This document shows, piece by piece, positions 11,487-23,969 of a DNA stretch of 64,000 bases. Positions within the stretch are counted from its first letter, which is position 1, and each line of letters opens with the position of its first letter. Position numbers and translations under genes: made by a program. The notes under the pieces are model-generated. The model was not told the DNA's origin and searched no databases. It saw only the letters and a program-made list of their open reading frames with translations. The stretch comes from Macrostomum lignano (lineage: Eukaryota): the NCBI GenBank assembly GCA_002269645.1, contig NIVC01000530.1:372001-436000 (forward strand). Reading direction: 5' to 3'.

Positions 11487-13561
11487 GTCCTCTGTTGCTT
11501 TCTTCCTGTGTATTTGCTTTTATGTACCGTATTTGGGTGTAAAGGGGCAAGTTTTCCCTTAGCTGTGTTGGGCATGGTTGTTCAATAACGCAGCGAGCTA
11601 GAATGTGATCTGAGTCCGTGCTCAGGATCAATTTTTACACCTGATCTCGGTTCAGGTGTAAAAATTGGAACGTACTCAACGCATGAGCTTTGTATATGCA
11701 TTCCAGAAATTACGCAGCGAATCACTATTGCATTCGCGACCATACGATAATTCTGCTAATTGATGAGTTCTACAACCGGGACGAGCTGCTTATACCACGC
11801 GTTCTTGGCATGTCCTCTCAAGACCAGTTCCAAATAAAATGCAGGTGGGACATCAGACTGAACACTGCGAAGCTCGGTATGCAGCTTGGGATCGCAGCGG
11901 TGCCCAGCAAGAAAGACCGATCGTCAGATGCCGATGGGGACGCCAAAATGTCGGTCGACTTCTTGAACGGCGATTCCATCAGCGTGAGAAATGGCATGTT
12001 TCAAGCTCTACCAGCGACAGAGCAGTGAGTACAGCTCAAACTGATTCTTTTTGTCTCGCTAGCGTTCGATGAATCACAGATAACTTAGCAATTTTATTTC
12101 AGTCAGCGCTTCACCGTCGACCTCAGCTGGGATCCACGAATGCAGCAACCGGGCTCCGACAACCTGAGGATTTTGCTGCCGATTCCGGGACAGTGCGGCC
12201 GAGACATGCTGTGGTTCAGTGGCAGCTGCTATGCTGTCAGTGCAGTGCAGCAGAGTGTGGCTGACGCTACGGATAGCGTTGGAGGCGATGCTCAGCTGGC
12301 CAGCTTCTCCAGCATGGCTGAGATCAGCGAGTTTATTTCTGCTAGTGAGTCATTATGAGTTGTCTTCGTAATTGACTCTTTTAAGTACGTATCAGCGGCC
12401 TCAAGCACACTAATCCTGTCTCATGGAATTGCAGACACGGCAAGGCAGGATAAGTTACCCTACCGACGGCCCCTGGGTCTGAAACAGCCGGTCCGCCTCG
12501 GCATGTTCCACAATGCATCAGCTGCTGCCGTGTTGTCCGCGGTCAGGAGTGACAGCGGCTGCCTTCTGCAGCTTGTGTCGAATTCGTTTAACTTTTCGTA
12601 AGGCTTTGAGTCTGTTGGAATTTTGTTTTTACTTTTTAATTGTTTAAAATTCACCTCTGTCTGTCTACGTCTCGCGTGTAGGGTAAATTGTGGAGCCAGT
12701 TCGAAAATTGATGGCCTTTGGCGCTCGCTGATAAGCTGGACCTTCTCTTTGTATCCTTCCATAATTCGTGTTCAAATTTCCCTGGGCCCTGTATTACTTA
12801 AGCCATCCAAACACGCTGTTGATCTATTCAAATCCAAATCCAATATCCAAATTTTTTACCCAGTCGGAATTTCGGTTTGGATTCGGGATTTACGTCAGGG
12901 ACGTCATGCTGGCTCATGCGGAATCTGTATCTCGTAGGAGCCAAATAAATCCCATGAATTGCATGCAGCACAATATTAAAATATTTTCAGACTGACTGGC
13001 CGAGAGAGAGGTCCATGTCTGTCTCTAAGGGTGACTGACGAAGACTCAGCTGTGGTCGAGTTCGTTAACTGCAGCAGCCCGATGCTGTCGCTGCTGAGCT
13101 TTCCTGAGACTGCGCGCTTCGCGCCGAACTCAACAGCGCACTGCAGCGGCAGCGAGCTCATGAAGCTGGTTCAACTGAAGCTGAGCTACCAAGTCAGCAC
13201 AACTCTGAGCCCGAGCCAGATTCATTCTCGGAGAACTCGGATAGCGGTTTTCTCTTCCGTTGGCTTGGGTGTCCCCTTGCTGATTGGCGTCCTTGTCGGC
13301 TTGGCGTGCGTGCTGTACCGGCGACAAAGGAGTTTCGATATCCGAGGAAACAATCCGGAAGGAGACCAACAACAAGACCCTGCAAGGGCGGTTTCAGCAA
13401 TCTCAGATAACAATCCGGTAAGACAGCGAAACCCAGTAATGTGCGGCTTCAGACGTCTGTCTTCATTCCGTCAAAGTCACCGAGAAAGAGGGGACCGTGG
13501 AATTGCATTAGCGGAACAAAATGGAAACGCACCGCTTGACCCCAACGCCAATCAACCATAA
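11487..13561 (+). CDS. CUB-like/CTLD-like receptor, type X1, copy A: join(11487-11536 candidate,11707-12024,12103-12344,12435-12597,12991-13561)
   Basis: All internal splice phases are consistent (2,2,1,2). ANHYC...CRWDIRL, then WFSGSCY...LASFSSMAEISEF, then TM VGLGVPLLIGVLVGLACVLY. Exon 1 lacks its own in-frame ATG. Confidence 0.75.
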
Positions 13562-14986
13562 TTGTCTTCGCGGAGTTCAGATATTCCATCTTCGAATTGA
13601 ATTAGAATATTAAACATGAATAAAGCTATAATAATATAACTGATCGCACTTACTGTAGCTAATATATAAATTAACCTTCTCAATTTTTTATTTTTGAGTG
13701 ATTATTGCATATCGTTTAACTGTTTACTTAATATGCTTGAATTGCCAAAGCTTGTAATAGACAAAGTCAATGTTTATAACTCGTACATGTATTGAATAAT
13801 TTTTATGGTGCAACACTTCAACGAAAGTATTTACAATGATTTTAAAAATAACATTTATAGCTATTTACTTTCTGCACCACAATGTTTTGGAGTTGCCTGT
13901 TGAACGTGCGAATATGCAGTTTATTTTGTGGGTTATTTTTAGTTTTAAATATATTTAAAAGTATTAGCTAATGCCCTCTGACCCCTCTCTTCTTTTTTTA
14001 TCTTTATACTGCGTACAGCTATATATTATATAACTAACATTTCTTATGCAAGCATGCAGTTTTTTTTATTTTGTATTAGCTTTTGCTGAAAGCAATACCT
14101 CCTAGTTTTCCGAAACTTTCCGCCCGTTGTCTTGAAGAGTTTATAACTGGCGGACAATGTCTATAAATTATGACTTTTTTCGCTATTTTAATTGCATGAT
14201 TTTATACTCTAGCCTTAATACAGACTTAATTCAGATTAATACTGATTCTTGGCAGTGTATATTTTTGTTTTTGATATTTTAGCTGACAATTTTTACCGGT
14301 TTATTAAGCTTATAATTAAAGCTTATTATTCGAATTAAGAATTTAAATTATTGATGCGCTTTAATTTTCAGTTATGTATTATTGATGCCTTACTTTTATA
14401 AACCAAATAAACCTCACTGAAGTAAATGAGTATCACTACATAAGCTACACATTAGCTAAAATAATAGTACATTAAATCTGGAGTCAAATTTTTATATTTG
14501 CATGAAAGCTTTCATGCCAAATTGACCCTAGCTACAAATTTTGTACGCGTTTGGCGAACGCTGCTTGGTACAGTACGTGCAGAGTTATTTTTGGACCAGA
14601 TAACGGGGGAACTTTGATTCAATACAAGCGTCCCCCGTGTTCATGTACATTGCAATGTACATGTTTCTAAAAATAGAAAACGAAAACACAAAAATATTCT
14701 TGATTCGAAATGTTCCGTATTAGAAAACTTTAGTCTGTCATAATTTGATGCAAAATTCTCATACCTTGATTGGCTGAAACATCTTTGCTTAAAAGGCTGC
14801 ATATTCAAATAATTTTTTGAGAATCTACTCGGTAGTTATCAAAAGAAAAAAGTTGGGCAAAGAAATTTTGCTTTTAACTGTCGCTTTCCTGGTGAGCCAC
14901 CTATGTGAATCAGATTTTCTATGTTTCATTGGTACAGCTGCGAGGAAAAAATCAATATAATCCGGCCTACATGTTTTACATTTCAG

Positions 14987-17900
14987 ATGCGTGTTCTACC
15001 GTGGCATCTACTAATACTCGAACTTACATGCAGTTCGTTAGTTGCATTGTAAGTGTTTTTGGTAAAAAAGTGACTGAAATGTTTGAGCCTATTTGACAAT
15101 GATTGAATAGTAGACCTTCTTTTCCTAGTGTGTCAGAACATAATTGATATTTAATCCCAGATTTCAATTAACGTCTTGCGGAATATTTCCTTCCAGCAGA
15201 TTTTGTTTAGCTTTGCTGCTTGTAGAAGATTACTACAAAGTGTCGGTACTGATAGGTTCAGAACCGGAGGTTATATTTGTTAGCTAACAGACGAAATTGA
15301 AGGCAGCTTAGGCCTACGAGGAGCGGGTCTGATATGACCATATAGAAATAAGTTGCTCGTTTGCTCAAAGCAACAAGCCGACTGCACATATACATGACCC
15401 CCTGAGCTCACAGGGTGCACAACGGTCCTGACTTTCTGATCTTTAGTAACTATAATAAATAATAATACTTGATTATTATTTATTAATTGGGCCAATTGGG
15501 CCAGATGTGCAACCGACAGCTCAGCCGCAGCTATTGCGCGGCGCATCTGAAGGCTGCGTACGGCTGTTTAGTCCAAGAACTGGGGGGTCACCACACACCC
15601 TCAATTACCCCAGCTAATGCCTGCACCCACTTTACAGCTGGGCGAACTGAAGCAATGCAGAGTTAAGTGTCTTGCTCAAGGACACAATTTTTTCCAGTGG
15701 GATCTGGAATCTTTAGACAAGTGCATATTAGAATATTGATTCTGATGGATTCAGCAAACAGTTTGTATTGGCGTAATGTGTACAGGGACAGCAAAAAACA
15801 TTTTTGTAAACATTTTAAGTAAAAAATCAGTTTGTGCAAAAAATATTAAAAATTTATTAATTTTATTAATCCAGCATGCATCTTTGGATATACGCTCGTA
15901 GAAGTAACGTTCGAAGCTTGCAGCAAAATACACTGAAAATAAGTCTGGCCTACTCAGATTCAGTAGTGTAGAACGCTCTCTATTTTTATCTCAAGTTTTT
16001 CCGGATTTTTTACTTCTTAAAAAACTTTTGCCTCGGAGATTTGACCCTCATGGGCGATCCTGGGAAAAATTTTTAGACCAAAAATTAAATCATAAATCAT
16101 AAATCACAAATCATAATTTTGCTCTGGTGATTTTTGCACTCATAAATAATGGAAACTGATACAAGTTCCAAGTTATAACTAAGCCTGGCTCTTGTCTCAA
16201 TTGCAGAACCAACTCAGCCAATCACTACTGCGTGAACCGGCACACGCTACGCCTAGAAATGGACGACTTCCATCACCGGGACGAGACCATAATTCCCTGG
16301 CTGCCTGACGAGACCGAGCACAGCAGGCTGCTGGAGTTGAATAGGTGCCGCTGGAATGTCAAGCTCAAATCGCCGAAGCCCAGTCAGCAGCAGGTTGTCC
16401 TCGAAGGAGTGCCTAGCAGCGGAGGAATGGAGGAATGGAGGAGTTCAACCTTGGCAAATCAAACAGAGATACCGCTAGAAATTCTGGGAATCAGTGCTCA
16501 TGCTTCCCAGGCTGTAGGCGTTGGCACGTTGCGTGTGATTGCATTGAATAAAATGTAATAATTTTCCTTCATAAAACATGAATACAGACAATTTCACCCG
16601 GATTCTTAAATTATTACCAAATTTGCTGTTACCTCGCCACACCTTAACCCAGCAGAGAGTTCTTCTCCGTCAGAGCAAATTATAATCCTAGGCGGCAAAA
16701 TATGCAGCTGAAAAAGCTCAGGATTGCCATGCCACTTCCCAGAGTCTGCAGTCGAGGCATGCTCAACTATAACGGCAAATGCTACGCTTTGAGCACGGTT
16801 GGACAGAATTTAACCGACGCAATGTCCAGCATCAGAGGCGATGCTCAGCTGGCCAGCTTCTCCAGCATGTCTGAGATCAGCGAGTTCGTTTTTGCCAGTG
16901 AGTTGAGCTCAATGCTATACTCAGCAACAGCTAAGCCTCCCCCAGTGGAGCAGTGTGATAATGTTGAGGCAAGGACAACTAAAGCAACGTATATGCAGGA
17001 CGAAACACTCGAAATCTATGGAGAAGGTTTTGAAGGCCACTTTTCGCCAAAAATACACTACGGAGATAGGAAGTTTTCATTTTTTCAGCACCAGAATTGT
17101 TATTGCTTTTGATAGGAGGCAGGCCCATTGTTCATCTTTTGATATGCTGTGCCTTTCTGTATGTCATGTGCCTAAAAACTATTAAAATGGCACTGATCGG
17201 CTCAATATATTGGTTTTATGAATCTATTTTGTCATTCTCAGCTGACTGTGTAACAGAGATGATAAAATAGATTCACAAAACCAAAGATTTAAGCTATGCC
17301 ATACACTTTTATGATTTTGGGTACAGGAAAATTAAAATAGAGTCCTAATTTTCTGAACGAAAAGCTACATGTACATGTATAAGAAAGGCACGACATAGCA
17401 AACGATGAACATTATTGGGTCGAAAACAGAAACAATTTTTGTCCTGAAAAAATGAATACTTCCTATCTCCGTAGTGTACTTTTTGGCGAAAAGTAGCCTT
17501 AAAAACATTTTCAATAGATTTCGAGTGTTGCATCTGATGCGGATGGATTCTTACTAGTATATCTATGTCTATGGCCTTGACCTCCACCGCCAACGTGCTA
17601 AGAGGCAGGGCGATTAAATATATTGTTTTAAGCTCCTTGGCTCGCCATCAGAGCAGCCCAAGTTACATTATACCAAAGCATATAACATGGCATCGCAAGC
17701 AGGAACTGAAACCGTGTGCTAAAGCTTCTGGCAAAGAAACCACAAGATGCCCCCAAAGCAGCAGCGCTCTACGTCGGCATCGCCTTCAAGGCAGAAGCCA
17801 GAAAAGTCGGAACGATCAGCAGCAGCATCAGCAGCATCATCAGCAGCAGCATCAGCAGCAAATATCTCACCAACTGGACAAGCTGAGCTGAAACTATCTC

Positions 17901-20900
17901 TGCCTGGTTCGCACATCCCTCGACTAGACCTATCAGTGGATACGATCGATGATTTCGACGCTTGGAGAGCGACTCTTGAGGCATACTTCGATGCAGTTAA
18001 CATCCAGCACGAGGAATCAGACAGCATCCACGTAACTCAGAAGAAAATGGCAGCTCGACGAGCTTGCATGTTGAACGCATTTACATCTGCTACCTTCTCG
18101 AAGGATAAGAATCTACCTCTGACGGATCAACAATTCAAGGACCCAGAGACCGTCATGAATTCCATCAGAGATCACGTACTCGGACAGGTTAATATCATCG
18201 TAGAGAGGAACAGGTTCTGGAAACGGCAACAAAATGACGGAGAAAATTTTAACGACTATGTCATGCGATTGAGGGACTTGATGCGAACATGTAAGTTCTG
18301 TAAGCATTCCGACGACTTACTGAGGGATAAAATTGTGCTAGGAGTACGAAATCCGGAGACAATCAAGCGTCTATTAGCACAGCCAGATCTCTCTCTCGCT
18401 GACGCGCTGACAATATGTAGATCAGAGGAAGCTTGTGAGATCCAAAAAAATGAAATCTGCACAGCTTCACAGGTGTCCATAGTGCGCAAACACCGAGGAA
18501 AAACTCCAGGTGGGGCCCGGTCAAAGACTCCAGAAGCAAAGAAATGCACTGCCTGTGGTAAAGGGTGACATCAGCGCTCAGAATGTCCCGCCAAGGACAA
18601 GAAGTGCTTTAACTGCGGTCGCATTGGACATTTTGGTTCCATGTGCCGGTCCAGTCGCAGCACTGGTCATCCGGATAAAAGGCGACCACCGAGAATGTCA
18701 ACTTTGGTTGCTACACTGGAACCCGCAACCCCAACAGTAGTAGTCTCGATAAATGGGGAGCAGCTGGAAATGATGCCCGATACGGGATCCAATATCGATG
18801 CAATCCGAGAATGCGATTGCAAAAAGCTCCGTATCCGTGTTGCACAACTAAGGCATGACGCCATATTTCCTAAATCAGCCAGTGGACAGTTCATTAAGAG
18901 TGACGGCAATTTCTCCGCCACAATAACGCTGAACGGGAAGCACGCAGCGACAAGGATTCATGTGCTGAAGAACTTGGTCGCGCCAGTGCTGTCCTGGAAG
19001 AGCTGTAGAAAACTGGGAATCATCCCTAAAGAGTTTCCAAAGTCAGATAAACCAGATAACTCAGGTTCTGACGAATGACGGAAGAAAACATACAGAACTG
19101 GATTTGATCCAAGAATTCCCGAGGGTCTTCGACGGAGTAATTCGGCCGATGAAGGGCGAAAAATTTTCGATTGTGCTCAAAGAGGACGCGATCCCATTTT
19201 CCGTGAAGACGCCACGCCGGCTACCACTGCCACTAAATGAAAAACTTAAAAACGAACTCGATGCCTTGGAAAGACAGCAAATTATCTGCAAAATAACAGA
19301 GCCGACACCCTGGTGCGCTCCAATAGTCGTAGCCCCGAAGAAGGGCACTGACCAAATTCGTCTTTGAGTATATTTTAGAGAGATAAACAAACACGTTCTG
19401 AGACCTCGATACCAATCACCAACACCACTGGAAGTTGTGGCCAGCACCAATGTATCCAACGCAGAATGGTTTACAGTTGTTGATGCATTGAAAGGATACC
19501 ATCAAGTACCACTCCACGAAGACAGTATGCCACTGACAACATTTATTACTCCTTATGGAAGATACATGTTCAGAATGGCACCTTTCGGGATCAGCTCTAT
19601 CTCAGAATATTACAACAGGAGACTGGATAGTGCTCTACAGGGCTTGAAAGATACTCGCCACATTGTGGATGACTGCATAATCGCAAGCGCCGACTACGAA
19701 AGCCACATCCAAGCTGTTCGCGAATTTCTTTATCGGTGTGACGAGAGTGGAATATCATTGAATAAGAAAAAATTGTCTTCGCCAAGAAAAATGTAAAGTT
19801 TGCTGGATTTATGCTTACACCAAAGTGCTATCAGGTGGACCCTGACATGACAGCAGCCATTGCTCGATTCCCTGAGCCATCAAATATTACAGAATTACGC
19901 GCATTTATGGGCCTAGTGAATCAAATAGGACCATTCACAGATTCGATCGCAGAATGTACCTCGATATTAAGACCTCTACTGAGCGCGAAGAATTCATTCA
20001 TCTGGAACGAGGAGCACCAAAAAGCCTTCGATAAGGCACGAATCCATCTGTCTAAAGTCCCATCATTGGCGTACTACGATCACACGAAGCCAACCGCACT
20101 GCAAACCGACGCATCAAGGTTGAAGGTGTGGTGTTTGTGCCACGGACATTAACCGACTTTGTGTACTCTTGTGTTTTCTGTTATGTTTGTACCCCCCTTG
20201 TCTGAATCACTTCGTGTGTCTGGTTCCTCGTCTCTGTCTGTCTGTCTGTCTGTCTGTCTGCGTGTGACTCACCCCATTGTATCTTTCCACTGTCTATGTG
20301 AGTCCCACTGCCTTCCCTCTACGAAGCTCTACGAAATATACTCCTTAAAGGTGCCTCCCACTCTGCTTGGGAACGGCACTTCCTTTCCGGTGTCTCTGCG
20401 ATTCTAAGCTCAGCAGAGCAAACTGAATTCGTGCAACAAGCCAGCCTTTGCCTTTAAAGTTATTACAGAAGGGACTCGGATTTGTTCTCAAGCAGCAACA
20501 ACCTGACGGCGCCTGGCGAATGATTCAGGCGGGATCACGGTTTCTGGCTGACGCGGAGACGCGATACGCTATGATCGAGCTCGAGTTGCTAGCAATTGTG
20601 TGGGCTTCGCAAAAATGTCGTTTGTTTTTAGAAGGACTCGATTCATTTCAAATCGTGACTGACCACAAGCCACTTATTCCGATATTAAACGGCTACCAAC
20701 TAGACCAAATCGAAAACCCGAGGTTGCAGCGCCTTCGTGCCAAGCTTAATCGCTACAACTATGAAGCAAAATGGGTACGAGGTAAAGACAATGTAGATGC
20801 CGATGCACTATCAAGAGCTCCGATTGCAAATGCAACTGAAGAAGATCAGATTGATGAGAATCAAGCTCTAAGTAGTGTGAATTTGTTGACTATGATAATG

Positions 20901-23317
20901 GAAGATACGGAAATTGACTTTAACATGAAGAGAATACAATAACACGTAAAGAAAGACACAGAAATGCAAGAGCTCATCCAAATAATAGAGAATGGATTCC
21001 CGAACGATAGAGCTAATCTTCCAGTTAATCTAAGACCTTACTGGCACATTAGACATAAGCTTGTCGTCGAAAACGGAGTCGTTCTCAATGGATGCCGGTG
21101 TATCATCCCTAAAGAAATGCGAAAAGAAGTTTTGAGAACACTACATTCAAGTCACCAAGGTGCTACGAGCGTACTAAGACCGAAGCAAGAGCAAGAATGG
21201 TCGTCTATTGGCCCAGCATGGAACGTCAGATCGATGACACAATAAAGCAATGCAAAGCATGCCAAGAAACCCGTCCAAGTCAGGTCAGAGAACCGATGTT
21301 GCCGAGAACTACACCAGCAAGGTGCTTCCAGGAAGTTCATGCCGACTTTTGTGAACACCGCGGCAGGCAATTCCTAGTGATAGTGGACGGATACTCTGGA
21401 TGGATCAACGTATGGAACTTCGGACAAAATGCTCCGGTTTACAAGCTGATTAACGCGTGCCGTGAGCTATTTTGTCAGACAGCTGTACCGGAATTGTTCT
21501 GGTCAGACTCAGGTCCTCAGTTCAAGGCCAGCGCATTTGGTAACTTTTTGAAGAGATGGGGAATCGAGTCCAGATTCTCATCCCCATACCACCACCAAAG
21601 CAACGGGAGAGCCGAAGCGGCAGTCAAGTCAGCCAAAAAGATCATCAGAGGATCGTGGGATTATCGCAACAATGACATAGACAAGGACAAAATGGCGGAA
21701 GGAATACTTATCTATAGAAACACACCTATGTATGACGGACGCATTCCTTCTATTATGCTGTATGGACACCCAGCAAGAGATTCACTTCCTGCTCATCGAA
21801 GAAGCTTTAATCCCGAATGGTACAACACGATTAAACAAATGGAGGACACAGCATCAGAAGTTCACGAGGCTGTGGAGCAACAGTACAACAAGTCCAAGAG
21901 AAGCCTCGATGGAATCCGAATAGGGTCGACTGTAGTTCTTCAAGAGCCAACAACGAAACTGTGGCAACGGAGAGGAGTAGTGGTAGAGGTCGGAAAACAC
22001 CGCGACTACCTGGTAAAGTTGGCGAGCGGCAGAATACTACGGAGAAACCGCATTTACGTACGGCCAACATTGCACTGACCGCCGACAACTGGCAAATGAC
22101 AAAGACGACAAACGGCGAAAGTACAAGACGTACGGAGACGACTCGTACTACGACGGCCAATCAACCAAGCAAGGAGAAACCTCGAAGTAGCTCGAGAGCA
22201 ACGAAGGGCATCCCGCCCGCCCGACTCCAGTACAGTAGGCTAGGACATCCAAAAGTTAATTTTGTCGAGTGATAAGGACACTGACTTGAAAGGGGAGATG
22301 ATTTGGATGGACTCTTACTAGTATATCCATGTCTATGGCCTTGACCTCCACTGCCAACGTGCTAAGAGGCAGGGCGATTAAATACGAGTATATTGTTTTA
22401 AGCTCCTTGGCTCGCCATCAGAGCAGCCCAAGTTACATTATACCAAAGCATATAACAGCATCCTTCTACTTTTTCAGTAGTTCTCGTGTTAAGTTAAATT
22501 GGTGATTTAGCTGTCTCAAGAGCTAAGTGATGAGGATTGTAGCCATTGGGAAGAACGAGGGAGGATTGATTGACTTAGCTGTTTCTGAGCGCATCATGTA
22601 CGAACTACGAGCGTATCAAAATATATGAAACCTAATGCGAAAATAATTGTTCATATCTCATGGGGAAATTCCAGACAATGCAAAGCTGAACGAGTTCCCC
22701 TACAGGCGGCCTCTGAGCCTGGGCCAGCCGGTCCGTCTCGGCATGTTCCTGAACGCAACCGATGTCAAAGTGCTGTCCTTAGTCAGAACTGATACCGGCT
22801 GCCAGCTGCTACCTGTAGCTGACTTTGATGAATTCAGGTGAGATTCAAACTCAAGTCAAGTAAATTTGATTGATGAATTCAATTGTAATAAAGTCCTAGT
22901 GGATGACTTTTAAGAGTGACTGGCAGAGTGAAAGGCCCGTGTCTGTCTCTGAGAGTGTCCGCGTCAAGCAGAGCGAAGGTCGAGTTCGTCAACTGCAGCA
23001 GCCCGATGCTGTCGCTGCTGAGCTTCCCGGAGACTCCCAGTTCATTGCTGTGCTTTGAGCACTGCAACATTAGCGACTCTGTGATCAATCAACTGATAGA
23101 GTTTGAGATGTCGACTCCTCAGTACGCATCTGAGTACTCAATGAATGCTCTGAATTGGAGCACCAGCGCTAATGACACAGTGGCATATTTTGATGGCGAC
23201 TCAGCGCTTGGTGTTCACTTTCGATATCTTCTCTTCATCCTAATGGGAGTGAGCTGCATTAACATGACTTTATGGCTACTATCTAAATTGCAGCGAAACA
23301 GTCTTTTTTTACAGTGA
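14987..23317 (+). CDS. CUB-like/CTLD-like receptor, type X2, copy B: join(14987-15048,16207-16554,16656-16897,22675-22837,22915-23317)
   Basis: Signal peptide MRVLPWHLLILELTCSSLVA with a GTAAGT donor. Splice phases are consistent. Intron 3 is expanded to about 5.8 kb by nested transposons. Confidence 0.75.
15465..15711 (-). mobile_element. CORE-domain SINE, 5'-truncated, in intron 1 of X2-B
   Basis: Minus strand reads GATTCCAGATCCC (B-box-like), then TGTGTCCTTGAGCAAGACACTTAACTC...CAGTTCGCCCAGCTGTAAAGTGGG (CORE consensus-like), then an AATAAATAATAAT tail. Lies in a roughly 1-kb segment absent from paralogue C. Confidence 0.6.
17535..17687 (+). repeat. 5' LTR of gypsy copy B (153 bp)
   Basis: Matches the 3' LTR with about 5 substitutions and a 6-bp indel. 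Confidence 0.93.
17747..19078 (+). pseudogene. gag: Gypsy gag and aspartic protease, disabled
   Basis: RQQNDGENFNDYVMRLRDL and LRDKIVLGV. The knuckles CTACGKG*HQRSECPAKDKKCFNCGRIGHFGSMC contain an in-frame TGA at 18566. Protease motif MPDTGS. Confidence 0.9.
19104..22272 (+). pseudogene. pol: Gypsy pol copy B, disabled
   Basis: Stops at 19365 and 20940, frameshifts near 19770, 21175 and 22050, and a solo LTR inside RNase H. Confidence 0.93.
20127..20467. mobile_element. Solo LTR (341 bp) of an unrelated family inserted in the gypsy RNase H
   Basis: TG...CA termini and a 5-bp TSD GAAGG (20122-20126 and 20468-20472). Copy A has the empty site TTGAAGGGACTC at about 1029-1040. Confidence 0.88.
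22299..22457 (+). repeat. 3' LTR of gypsy copy B (159 bp)
   Basis: Follows the PPT, has TG...CA termini, and is followed by the TSD. Confidence 0.93.
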
Positions 23318-23969
23318 CTATTTTTTAACAGTCAGAGCATAGACCTGTAGTGCCAAAGTTTTATTATTTAATAAAAGTACAATCAAGGTGACAATATCCA
23401 GATTTTGTGTTAGAATTCCATTTTTTAGAATTCCATTTATTAGTGCATATTTGAATATTAATTTTGATGTATCCAGCAAACGTTTTGGATTGGCATATTG
23501 TGTACAGGGACAGCAAAAAAAAATTTTTGTAAACATTTAAGTATAAAATCAGTTTGCGCAAAAAAAAAACAATAAAAAAATTATTAATGTTATCCATCCA
23601 GCATGCATCTTTGGATATAGAAGTAACGTTCAAAGCTTGCAGCGAAATACACTGAAAATAAGTTTAGCACACTAGCCTCCTCAGATTCAGTAGTGTAGAA
23701 CGCTCTTGATTTTTTGTCTCTTAAGTTTTTTGCGGATTTTTACTTCTGAAGAAGACTTTTATGAACAACAATGTAGGGAAAAGAAGGTAAATATATAAAA
23801 ATGAGGTATTGAAATGAATGAAAAATTTCTATTTTTCCCTACAGCACACCGCACAGAACTTAGACAAAGCAAATTATGATTTATTTGTGCCCCTAGTGCG
23901 GGCGCCCCTGGTACTAAAGCCCCTGGTGCTAAAGCCCCTGGTGCTAGCGCCAAAGCCCTTGGTTACGCC

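Larger units (their letters stand above)
17535..22457 (+). mobile_element. Full-length Ty3/gypsy (Mag-like) LTR retrotransposon, copy B
   Basis: LTRs at 17535-17687 and 22299-22457 (TG...CA), TSD GCATC (17530-17534 and 22458-22462), PBS-like TGGCATCGC at 17688, and a PPT. Gag has two CCHC knuckles. Protease DTG, RT, RNase H and integrase are present. Confidence 0.97.
16969..22490. mobile_element. Foldback/MITE-like element with long imperfect inverted arms, split by the gypsy insertion
   Basis: About 16975-17170 is an imperfect reverse complement of about 17385-17534 plus 22463-22485 (e.g. ACACTCGAAATCTAT, CTTTTCGCCAAAAA, TACACTACGGAGATAGGAAG). Empty site in paralogue C at about 33350 (ATAATGTTGAG|CATTGGTGATTTA). 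Confidence 0.65.

Noticed and set aside
8500-11630. Short ORFs conserved between units A and B (e.g. 8519-8701, 10354-10545, 10691-10915, 10933-11178)
   Set aside because: The conservation reflects the recent duplication. No motifs, splice logic or coding bias.
17565-17891. ORF spanning the 5' LTR and PBS, and the integrase-downstream ORF 21961-22272, as extra retroelement genes
   Set aside because: The first is an out-of-frame overlap with the LTR and gag. The second is the frameshifted integrase C-terminal tail (RSSSRATKGIPPARL).
1-22457. Two independent gypsy insertions, or an active element
   Set aside because: Identical 3' flanks and shared frameshifts show duplication of one already disabled insertion.
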